DNA from: Octopus bimaculoides
Lineage: Eukaryota
Assembly (NCBI RefSeq): GCF_001194135.2
Contig: NC_069000.1
Coordinates: 41,553,536 to 41,617,535, forward strand
Direction of reading: 5' to 3'
DNA: 64,000 nt
Below the pieces are notes generated by a model, which searched no databases, had not been told where the DNA came from, and saw only the letters and a list, made by a program, of their open reading frames with translations. The translations under genes were made by a program, and so were the position numbers. Within the stretch, counting starts at the first letter, position 1. Each line of letters starts with the position of its first letter. Below are positions 1-11,489 of the stretch, one piece after another.

Positions 1-130
1 TGTGCACGTGTCTGTGTTTGCTTCCGGCACCAACAAGTACTATCTCCAAAATGGTTCCATTATATATGTCCTATTATCTCTATCCCTTTCCCTCTGTATA
101 TCTATGTAACATTATTACTTTTTGTTCCAG

Positions 131-187
131 GCTACATAGAGAACCAAAGCATGTGTTAGCCTTTCTGTTAGCTGAATTGGGTACGAG
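131..187 (+). CDS. EIF2S2: eIF2-beta internal coding exon (LHREPKHVLAFLLAELGTS)
   Basis: ttccag acceptor at 130, gtgagt donor at 188; translation matches the conserved eIF2-beta segment LHRxPKHxLAFLLAELGTSG; phase 2 fits the next exon. Confidence 0.95.
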
Positions 188-1530
188 GTGAGTAGAAACT
201 GTTTTGATTTTAGAATCTGTCAGCATTTGTAAGGTGTTTTTTTTTTTTTTTTNNNNNNNNNNTTTTTTTTTTTTTTTCTCTTCCCTACTGTAATAATAAT
301 TCTTTCTATTATAGGCCCAAAGCCTGAAATATTTTAATTGGGTTGGGGCAAGTCAATTACAACAACTCCACTTCTCAAATGGTACTTAATTTATCGACCC
401 CGAAAGGGTGAAGGGCAAAGTCAACCTCAACAGAATTAGAACTCAGAACATAAAGACAGACAAAATACTGTAAGCATTTTGCCCGGCTTGCTAATGATTC
501 TGCCAGCTCGCCACCATCATAATAATAATAATGATAATGATAATAATGGTTTCAAATTCTGGCACAAGGCCAGCAAGTTCGGGGGAGGAGTAAGTCTATT
601 ACAGCAGCCTCAGTGCTCAACCAGTACTTATTTTATCAACCCCTCAAAGGATGGAAGGTAAAATTGGGTTCAGAATGTAAAACCAGAAGAAATGCTGCTA
701 AGCATTTCCCTTGCATGCTAATGATTCTGTCAGCTCACCGCTTTAATAATAATAATAATAATAATGACAATGACAATCTTGTCTACTAAAGGCACGAGGC
801 CTGAAATGGTGGGTGGTGGCTAGTTGATTGCATCGACCCCAGTGCTTCACTGGTACTTAATTTATCAATTCCGAAAGTATGAAATTGGTGGAATTTGAAC
901 TCAGAACCTGAAGACAGATGAAATACCACTAAGTATTTCTGCCAGTGTTCTGACGATTCTGCCAGCTCACCACCTTTCTAAAAATCTATATAATAATCTG
1001 CTTGTTTGTACACCTGTTGTACATTCGTTAATTAGAGATGGACAGAGGAAGAAGTTGAGAAAAGTGATTGAGGTCAACTTTGCCTTTCATCCTTTTGGGG
1101 GTCGATTAAATAAGTACCAGTTACGCACTGGGGTCGATGTAACCAACTTAAACCCTTTGTCTGTCCTTGTTTGTCCCTTCTATGTTTAGTGCACTGTGGG
1201 CAATAAAGAAATAAATACACTTAGTCCAAATGCATCACATGTTTGGCTGAAGGTTAGAGGCAAATAACGAGAGAAGTGGGGTGGCAAAGGAAAACTTATT
1301 GTTTGGTTAGAAAGTTAGCTGAAGAGAAAAGGCATGTTTAGGGTACAATATTTAACAGAGGGAGGTTAAAGACAGGTAGATAGAGAGAGATGGACAGGGA
1401 AGGCAGTTATATTGAGATTCAGAGAGAGGGGTGGTGCCAAATTTTTTTTTCTTTTAGCGACCATCGCTTAACACATGCACATAAGTGCAATTATTTATCA
1501 TCTGCTCGCCTAAAATTCATTAATATTTGT

Positions 1531-1900
1531 TTGGTAAGTATCTTGCTTACCAACCACATGGTTCCGGGTTCATTCCTACTGCGTGGCACCTTGGGCAAGT
1601 GTCTTCTACTATAGCCTCGGGCCGACCAAAGCCTTATGAGTGGATTTGGTAGACGGAAACTGAAAGAAGCCCGTCGTATATATATATGTATGTATGTGTG
1701 TGTATGTTTGTATGTCTGTGTTTGTTCCCCCAACATCGCTTGACAACTGATGCTGGTGTGTTTATGTCCCCCGTAACTTAGCGGTTTGGCCGATAGAATA
1801 AGTACTAGGCATCCAAAGAATAAGTCCTGGGGTCGATTTGCTCGACTAAAGGCGGTGCTCCAGCATGGTCGCAGTCAAATGGCTGAAACAAGTAAAAGAG
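1531..1900 (+). mobile_element. abundant SINE family A with internal (TA/TG)n; other copies near 2445-2640(-), 16125-16530(-), 19225-19745(+), 25225-25456(-), 38868-39690(+), 42340-42730(-), 60700-61080(-)
   Basis: many near-identical copies of ...ccaaccacatggttccgggttca...ggcaccttgggcaagtgtcttctactatagc...gcagtcaaatgactgaaacaagtaaaag. Confidence 0.85.
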
Positions 1901-2675
1901 TAAGGGCTAATTTAGCCTAAACTCTGAATTCACTAGAAACACGGTCACAAGCTGCCCAAAAAAGAATGCAAAGACATAGAGCACAGATCAGAGAGGAACA
2001 GTAGGATTTAAGAAAAAGAGATAAAAGACTGCACCACCAATGGAAGTGTGAGGAAATGAACGTAGACAAGCATCAAGAATATTTGAAGAAAACTAAACTA
2101 TAAATGCTATAAAAATGCAAATCCCCGTGTCTTTTTTAAATAGTTCCTCTTAATTTTTTTCCATTTTGTGGACTTACATGGGTCTTACTAGTAAAAATGG
2201 CTAGTGACAGTACTGACTGATTGACACCCACGCCAGTGAAACGTTAAAAGCACCATTCGAGTGTGGTCGTTGCCAGTGCCGCCAGACTGGATCCTGTGCA
2301 GGTGGCACGTAAAAGGCACCATTTGAACGTGGTTGATGCCAGTACCACCTGACTGGCCCTTCTGTTGGTGGCACATAAAAGTACCCACTGCACTCTGAGT
2401 GGTTGGCATTAGGAAAGGCATCTAGCATCAGTTGTCAAGTGATGGTGGGGGGACAGACACACACACACATATATATAAATATATATATATATATACGACG
2501 GGCTTCTTTCAGTTTCTGTCTACTAAATCCACTCACAAGGCTATAGTAGAAGACACTCGCCCAAGGTGCCAAGTAGAGCTAAACCCGGAACCATGTGGTT
2601 GGTTAGCAAGCTACTTGCCACGCAGCTACTTCTGTGCCTCAATGGTTTTTTTAATTTCTTTTTTATCTTTTCCAG

Positions 2676-2761
2676 TGGTTCAATCGATGGTAACAACCAA
2701 TTAATCATCAAGGGACGTTTCCAACAGAAACAGATTGAAACAGTTGTCAGGAAATATATTA
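2676..2761 (+). CDS. EIF2S2: eIF2-beta coding exon ([28 protein letters not shown])
   Basis: tttccag acceptor, gtaagt donor; near-identical to the eIF2-beta/eIF5 domain; phases fit both neighbours. Confidence 0.97.
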
Positions 2762-2898
2762 GTAAGTTACAATAACTACCATTTTTGGTCTTTCTTTTCT
2801 CTAACCCCTTTTCACCTTGCACACTAAGGAGCTTATTTATTTCTTTGCAGCCCTTACTGATCACCCTCCCTTTCTATTCTAAATCTGAGTAACCATAT

Positions 2899-3104
2899 AT
2901 GAGGAGGTATTGAAAAGCTCCTGGCTTTGGGTAACAAAAATAAATAAATAAATACAGAAGGGTCAGTTATGATTTTATTCAAAACATTCCCCTCTCAGAA
3001 TCACACACTTCCGTTTTTCTAGGTCCTGTAAAAGAACTCAGAAGGTTGAGTCTTCAAACAAGCCTTTTGTGATACCCTTAAAGCCTGGAACTTTTCAGTA
3101 CCTT
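2899..3104. mobile_element. mariner/Tc1-like MITE; tandem copy 3120-3290 and copy near 6775-6955
   Basis: TIR-like ends gaggaggtattgaaaagctcc / ggaacttttcagtacc shared by three copies. Confidence 0.55.
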
Positions 3105-4412
3105 TTTGGTGTGTGTGTATATGTGGAGGGGTAATGAAAAGTTGCTGACTTTGGGTAAAGAAAATGCAGGAGAATCGGTTAATTATGATTTTATAAGCCC
3201 TGTAAATGAACTCAAAAAGTTGAGCCTCCAGCCTGGCTTTTGCAATACTCTTAAAGCTAGGAACTTAACAGCACCCCCTTGTGGCTCCTCTACAGGGACC
3301 TTCTCTGCCCACTTCTCATATTCTAACCCCTTGGTTTTGATGTCTTGCTAGCTGTGTGGCAACATCACTAACACTGATGGAGCTAAAAATAGCATTTTTA
3401 CACGCTGTAAAGTGGTTGGCATTAGGGAGGGCATCCAACTGTGGAAACTGCCTGAGCAGCCACTGGTGCATGACGCAGTCTTTGGACGTACCAGATTTTA
3501 TCAAACTGTCCAGGCAATGCTAACATGGGACAGTCTTTACATCAAGTCCTGTATTGTCATACTGTCACACCGCATTATCTCCCTTCGTTATGTAACCCCT
3601 CCCTCTTTCTCTCTCTCTAATCACAGCATTGTCCTTTCTCTCTTTACTTATCCCTCCACATTTACCTATTTCTTCACACATTCTATTCTTCTCCTTAATT
3701 GACAACGTTTTAGAATCCTGTCATTTTTTTTTTACTCTCACTTTCAAAGCGTCTTCATTATTCCACAATAGATTTCTCTCTCTTTGTTTGTGTGTTTCCT
3801 TGTCTTGGAATTGCATAATTGTAAACGAGTGTCACTGTCTCACAAGCAGTGTCATTCTTGAGAAACATTACTTTGCATACATACAGTAGAGGGTGCCTGC
3901 CCAAAGTGTCTTGGAATAAAAGTGGCTTACTTGGAAAGCAAGAAGGGCACTTGGCTGTAAAATACTGCCTGAATCAGTTTTGTTCAACTTGTATCAGCAT
4001 GAAAGAAGCTCATGTAAAACTGATGTGTTCGTGTGTATGTACACTTACCCTTTTACTTGTTCTGGTCTCTCACACCTACCCTACAATGTCATTCCAAAGA
4101 TATATTATCACATCATTGAAATCTTGAAGCTACAAGAAAATGCAGGATTAATTCAAAATGACCAACTCTATTTGAGTACTGTAATCCCTCACCAGATTGC
4201 GGTTAATTATTTAAGCTTACATCGTTTCCTCCATGATGTTGTTTTGCATTTATAATGAAATAAATATATACCAATTATAAAAATAATAACAAAAAATATA
4301 CAGTACAGTACTGTTTCTACTTTAGGCTTTCACCTATCACAGGGGGATTTGGAACATAACACCTGTGATAGTCAAGAGATTACTGCATTTGAAACAGTTA
4401 ATTCAATTTGCT

Positions 4413-4716
4413 TTATTTACATTTGACGGCTATTTGTCCTCATCTTGTTTGTTGTTATCACAACATTTCTGCTGATATACCCTACAGGCATATGGCATAA
4501 TGGTTAAGAACACAGGCTATTAAACCCAAGATTCCGAGTTTGATTCCAGACAGTGATCTGAATAATAATTATAATAATACTGAAAAATACCTTAGGAATG
4601 AGAATTCTGGTTCGAAATTTCCCCAAGACACCTGGTGAAGGCTGGAGAGTATATCAGCCGAAACGTTGTGTTAACAACAAACAAGATGAGGACAAATATC
4701 CGTCAAATGTAAATAA
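4413..4716 (+). mobile_element. tRNA-headed SINE with hammerhead-like 3' module and inverted tail copy (copy 1)
   Basis: A box TGGCATAATGG and B box GTTTGATTCC at about 4492-4547; GACAC-CTGGTGA...GAAACGTT-GTGTT at 4627-4672; 4413-4483 is the reverse complement of 4646-4716. Confidence 0.75.
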
Positions 4717-5040
4717 TGTCCCCTAGTTTTTGTTTAGACATCTTTCTAGGAGAAGGAAGTTCTGAAATATCACCTGCCTTATTGCAAAGCTGGAGATCTT
4801 GCTCTCACTTGTTTTCTGAATTACTTGGCTTTGTTGGGGAGAGTGCCAGCAATGTTGTGCAAGTTGTCATTGACTTTAAATATTTGAATTTACATTGCTG
4901 ACAGCCATTGTCTTTAACATCTAGGATAAGATAATTTTTCAATGGTCATGTTTTTCTATTATATTTGTCGAATGTAAATAATGTACATAATCCCTCATCT
5001 CTTAAATATAGAATCAATTTGTTTTGTTTGTCTTTTACAG

Positions 5041-5216
5041 AGGAATACGTCACATGCCATACCTGCCGGTCTCCGGAGACCTTGCTCCAGAAAGACACAA
5101 GGCTGTTCTTCTTACAGTGTGAGACCTGCGGTTCCCGCTGTTCTGTCACAAGCATCAAGTCAGGCTTCCAGGCTGTCACTGGCAAGCGAGCTGCTATCCG
5201 AGCCAAAAATGCTTAG
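5041..5216 (+). CDS. EIF2S2: eIF2-beta terminal coding exon with C2-C2 zinc ribbon ([14 protein letters not shown]...[10 protein letters not shown]...RAKNA*)
   Basis: ttttacag acceptor at 5040, TAG at 5214-5216, recognisable eIF2-beta C-terminus. Confidence 0.97.
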
Positions 5217-5458
5217 ATTTCATCTCGTATTCTTGCTCAACTTTGAAAGCCAGTTATTGCACATGCATGCATGTGTGTGTATGCATACATGCATGCGTAG
5301 AAGATACACACACCTTTACAAATATATATATATATATAGTATGTGTATGTTGATATATACATACACATACATATGTGCATACATACATTTATACATACAT
5401 ACATACACATATGTATAATTCTTTGAAGGTGGAGAAAAATATAAAGGGAAAAATATTT

Positions 5459-5464
5459 AATAAA
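5459..5464 (+). promoter_or_regulatory. candidate poly(A) signal of EIF2S2
   Basis: AATAAA about 240 nt after the stop; not verified by transcript data. Confidence 0.35.
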
Positions 5465-8400
5465 AAGTCTTTTGTAAAAAAAAAAAAAGAGAGAGATGAG
5501 GGACAGTTAGAAGGTACAAAATGGGTCTTTTGTTGCCAAACATATAAGGAACTAATTGAAATCAAAACAAATAAATGATGTCAAAATTGTAGTGGTCAGT
5601 TCTTTGTCTTAAGATTCATCTCAGCTTCTCATATTATTTATGAATGGCTGTGATTATCTCTCTTTTTTATCTTTCATCCTTCGGATTACTTGTCTGTCGA
5701 ATGTAGTATTTATTTATCTTCTTTCTTTTACTCGTTTCAGTCATTAGATTGTGGCCATGCTTGGGCACTGCCTTGACCTTTTAGTCAAATCAACCTCTCC
5801 CCCCCTCCCTTTATAAAATCAGAAATATTTTTTTCTACTCTAAGCACAAGGCCCGAAAGTTTTGGGGAGGGGGCCAGTCAATTAGATCGACCCCAATACG
5901 CAATTGGTACATAATTTATCGACTCCCGAAAGGATAAAAGGCAAAGTAGACCTCGGCGGAATTTGAACTCGGAATGTAAACACAGACGAAATACCGCTAA
6001 GCATTTTGCCTGGTGTGCTAACAGTTCTGCTAGCTCGCTGCCTTTGGTGCTTAATTTATCAACCCTGAAAGGGCTGGCATGCTAATGGTTCTGCCAGCTT
6101 GCCCTCTGGAATTAGAAATATTAAATGGAAGTGGATTAGTAATGAAACAGAAATGTTCTCAAGTGACTCCTGGATGAATGATATACTTTTATAAACAAAC
6201 TTTGGAGCCCCTAGTGCATTGGTATTTTACAGAATGTGAAAGGAATCCTGAAATAGCTTAGAAAATTGGATAAATACTCTTCGTCTACAAAAAAAATTAA
6301 TTGGCTTTATTAGTGGTAGAAAAAGGAATGCGCTACAACGATTTGTATTATTTAGTCACATGGAATTTTACTAAAGCCAATTTGGTCAACTGAGCTCCTT
6401 TGAACCAGTGATCCAGCTTGGCCACAGTCTAATCACTGAAACAAGGAAAGATAATAAACAATACAGTTTGTTTTTGTTTAGATTTTATTGTCGTTCAAGA
6501 CGCATTTGAGGGGAGGGGGAAAACAACAGCTGTAGATATGAGGGTCATTGGGATTAGGGCTTTTTTTTTTTTTATGTGAGGATTTTACTTTATTGTTTAT
6601 CTTATTGGAAAATCAACAAAGTGCCAGAGTTTAGTCAACTGCCCCTCTAGCCCTTCATAACAACAGGAAAAGTCTCAGTCTTGACTAAGAGCTATGATCA
6701 AAAATATTCCAACCATGACCACCAAGGACGATTTTATCTGAGGTGTCCTTCCTCTTTTTTTTTAAGATGGTATAAGTGGGGTACTGAAAAGTTTCTATCT
6801 TTAGGTAAAAATACAAGATCATTTATAGTTTTTCAACATGTTCCCCTCTCAGGTTCACACATTTGGTGCAGTTTTTCTAAGCCCTGTAAATGAACTCGGA
6901 AGGTTGGGCCTTTCATAATACCCTCAAAGCTACGAACTATTTCAGTACACCCCCCACCCCCGCCCCCGTGTTATTTCAGGGGGATGTGGCTGCTATTCCT
7001 AGCAAATCAGCTGAACCCTAGCCATCTGATGAAACTTACCTCAGATAACTTATTAAAAACTTTCTAAACTTAAAACTAAAACAAAGTGAAGAAATGTATG
7101 GGGCACAGCGTGACATACTGTACCTTTTTTGCTGTTCTGTCTGCTCCTTCAGATGCTTCACACACAAGAACAAACATGCAGTTAGGAATAAAATGGGACA
7201 GTCTAAACCCTGTACACCCACATATAATGTAAAGAACCAAATGAGGTGTAATGCATCAATCTTGACATTGCACTATTTCTGTACAATTGCAGTGAGGATT
7301 CTGATAGGGTAAATTGGGACAATCTTGACAGCATTATCATCAGGTAATTACATAAGTAGTAATGAACAGAATTAGGTGAAATGCATTTGTCTTCATATTT
7401 TCTTTGTCTCTGTACAATTGCAGATGACAGTACATTCTGCATCAGTGTAAAATGGGACAGTTTGGACAATGCAGAATTTCTTTATCAACAATTACTGCAC
7501 AAGTTCAGTACACTTGCAGATAACTACACACTCTGCTGCAGCAGATACCAAATGGGGTATAACAATAGTGTTGATGTTGCACAATTTGTCCACCTGCATG
7601 TATCGCATACTCATGCAGTCAAAAGTGGGACGCTATAAAAACTTGATATTGCACATTTTCTGTACTTGCAGATTCTGCAATTAAGACCTCAAATAATGCA
7701 GAATGGTTACCTTTCTAGTATATCCTTATTCCATTTCCAAATCAGTAGGGTATAGTTTGAGGAAAATTTGGCTGCTACTTATAGCTGATCAAACAACCAG
7801 GTAGAGGCTCATAGAAGTGAGGTATCCATAGGGATGGACAAGGACACACATCTGCAGAGTCAGAGTGATGAAGTCAGCCAACACCACCATCATATTGATG
7901 AGTATGTAAAACTATTTGCATTGTTAATTATCATCTTGCTCCATAAAAAGCACATTTAACTCCCAATTAGTTTCACTATTTGCACAACATGCACACGTTA
8001 TATTTTTATATATATATAGTCTAACCCATGCCAGCATGGAAAGCGGACGTTAAATGATGACATGCATTTGTGTATTTGTTTTGCAAGATTCCTGATGTGA
8101 ATCCATGTGTTGAAATTGATCTTGTTACATTTGGGGATGGTCATATTTTTTTGCCAATTAATGCACCTGGTTAATTGGTAAAAATATAACAATACATATA
8201 TATATATATATTATATAAATATGTATGTGGTTAAGAGGCTTCCTTCCTGACTATATGGTCTTGAGTTCGGTCCAACTATGGCAACTGGGGTTCTTCTACA
8301 ATAACCCCAGGTTAGCCAAGGCCTTGTGAGTGGATTTCATAGATGGAAACTGTGGTATGACGTCAGCGACTGGTGAGCTGACCAGAAGAGGAAGAAGGGC

Positions 8401-10098
8401 AGAGGGAGCCTCGATCGGGATTTCATGCCCTTTTCGAATGGGGTTGTTGACGTGCCAAGTGATCGTCTAGGTTTGGGAGAAGCAGCTGCTATTCCTAGTG
8501 TTCTTCGGGTTGGGGCGAGCCACGAGGATCGGATACCGCAAGACAGACTCAGTCGAGGAAGGAAAACCGAGGTAAGGCGATTATAATACAAAGAAGTCAA
8601 TCGCGTGTACTATTTGCTTTCTGTCATATTTCGACCCCTTGATTCTTCAGACAAATTCCTCCACCATCCATGTTTTTTTTTTTTTTTTTTTTTAACTGCA
8701 TGGTAACCTCGTGAGTGCCAGTGCTACAAAATACAGTACTCGGTGCACGCTGTGTTATGGTCGGCATTAGAAATGGCAACCAGCCACAGAAACCATGCCA
8801 AAGCAAGCATAGCATGATAGAGTCCTTGCGTCCTCCAGATTTTGTCGAAAACATATTTGAATGATCATGGTGATGATGATGATGATTAACTTCAGATATC
8901 AGTTTTGAACCAACACATCTATGATCGAAGGCATTCCACCAATGACAAATATGTCCACTTCTTATTCTCTCTCTTTGCTTGGTGCCTTAATGATAATGAT
9001 AATGATAATGATAATATGATGGCAAGCTGGCAGAAAGGTTACCACGCCAGGCAAAACACTTAGTGATATTTCGTTTATCTTTACATTCTGAGTTCAAATT
9101 CCGCCAAGGTCGATGTCGCCTTTCATCCTTTCAGGGTCGATAAATTAAGTACCAGTTGCGTACCGGGGTCGATCTAATCGACTGGCCCCCTCTCCCCTCA
9201 AAAAATTTCGGGCCTTGTGCCTAGAGTAGAAAAGAATAATGATGATGATTTCATATTTACGCATAAGGCCAGCAAATTCAGGGGGTAGGAGGATCAGTTG
9301 ATATGAAACCCAGCACTCAAATAGTACTTATTTGATCGACCCGAAAGGTTGAAAAGCAAAGTTGAACTCAGAACATAAGGGACACCTTCCTAATAATAAT
9401 AATAATAAAAATAATCCTTTCTACTATAGGCACACACAAAGCTTGAAATTTTGGTGGAGGGGAGCAGTTGATTACATCAACCCCAGTATTTCACTGGTAC
9501 TTAATTTACCAACCTCAGTGGAATTTGAACTCAGAGTGTAAAGACAAATGAAATACAGTTAACAGCATGCTAACAACACCGCCAGATCTCCGTCTTCTGA
9601 ATAATGCAACAAAATAAATTTGAGATGAATCCATTTAAGTGTGTATGGCCTAGTGGTTAGGTAAGTTGCACTCATGATTGTGAGATCGTGGTTTCGATTC
9701 CTAGACTGGCTGTGCATGGTGCCCTTAAGCAAAGTATTTCATTTCATGTTGCTGAAGTCCATTCAGTTGTAAACAGGCCACCCTGCAACGGACTGGCTTT
9801 CTAACCAGGGAGAACGTTGGCCAGCTCCCCAAGCCGGCAGAGTGGCATCATTGAAAAGCTGAGACAGTGCAAAGTGCATTGTGACCAGTGATGTCTAACA
9901 ACAGCTGATAGTCTGGTCAATCACTTACACAGATTTATACATTTACGCATGCATACACATATTTCTCAGAAATGAAAACATATCTACACACACACACACA
10001 TTGTTTGATTGCTTTTCCAAAATAATACAAACAGGTTCTGTTTTACATGATATATATATATGGATGTGTATGCATATATATATATATGTGTGTGTGTG

Positions 10099-10145
<47 letters not shown>

Positions 10146-10216
10146 ATATATATATATATGTGTGTGTATATATATATATGTGTGTGTGTGTGTGCATATA
10201 TATATACATATATATA

Positions 10217-10549
10217 GCAATAAGAAAATGGAGGGGATTAATAGGTGGTATTCATCAACTTGCAGACATTGTATTATGTCAATTTACTTGTTTATTTGTT
10301 TACTAAGAGGACAATAATAACAATATACAAACACATGTGAAATATTATGTCATATCCGTAATTATAAAAATGACATATAGTAACAGAAGTCCACTATATG
10401 TCATTTTTATAATTACTGATATGACATAATATGTCGCATGTGTTTGTATATTGTTATTACTGTCCTTTTAGTAAACAAATAAATTAACATAATACAATGT
10501 CTGCAAGTTGATGAACACCACCTATTAATCCCTTCCATTTTCTTATTGC
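10217..10549. repeat. long inverted repeat (foldback), arms about 165 and 157 bp, 11-nt loop
   Basis: 10217-10381 is the reverse complement of 10393-10549 with few mismatches and one short indel. Confidence 0.9.
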
Positions 10550-11301
10550 ATTATAAATTAATGGTAAAATAACTTTTTACCCACACCCATTTATTGCACT
10601 TGGTAATGTAATTGCCATGCAATGAAAAAACACTAGTGTAATAATAATTGGGTATTCTTCCGGCAGTATATTGGATAGATATTATCCCTTAGTGGGTTGG
10701 ATTCACAACCCCTAACTTTCTTGGATATATATATTGATATATACATATACACACACACACACATGCATGTGTGTGTGTAGGAATGATCGACAAACAGTTT
10801 CAGGTGGTTAAATGCTTAATGAATGGACAGTAGCATTAATCCCAGCACTGATTAAATGTTTAACCCTTCAGCACTCGGATTATTCTGTCAAATATAATGC
10901 CTGTTCATTGCCATTGATTTGAATTAGTCAGGCGTTACCTTGTAGCTTTGAGACTTCAATAATAAGACTCTTTATTTGCAGAATAATATTGTCGGAAAAG
11001 TGCGAGAGGTCAGATCTGGCCAGTTTGAAGATAAAACAGGGCTGAATATTTTGGCTGGTTTAAATACTAAATGTTTAATTAACAACCTGTCTCGTTAATC
11101 ACAGCAGTGATTAAGTTGGTCTAATTGTGTAGCTCATCAAGACACTGGTCTATCACTCACTCCATCAACAGCAATGATTAAATGAGAAGATATATCACAG
11201 AAGTTGTAAAGAACCGGACACAGGTGAACAGTGAAGGGCACAATGGGCATGGGCTGAAACTCAACGACAGGCAGGCGAGTTTAGTTTCAGCTTGCAATGT
11301 T

Positions 11302-11441
11302 TTAGTATTTTACATCGTAAATGTTGAAGCGGTCATAATCATCTATTCTATCAATGTCCAGGCTGCTTTCTGAATCGGAATTCTCGTAATCTGGTAGAAT
11401 GGTCTGTGAAATTTCAGGAATTTTTGATACTTGTACTTTCA
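11302..11441 (-). CDS. TDRD12: TDRD12 terminal coding exon (VKVQVSKIPE...FNIYDVKY*)
   Basis: long T tract then gtag acceptor, phase 1, TAA stop. Confidence 0.82.
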
Positions 11442-11444
11442 CTA

Positions 11445-11489
<45 letters not shown>

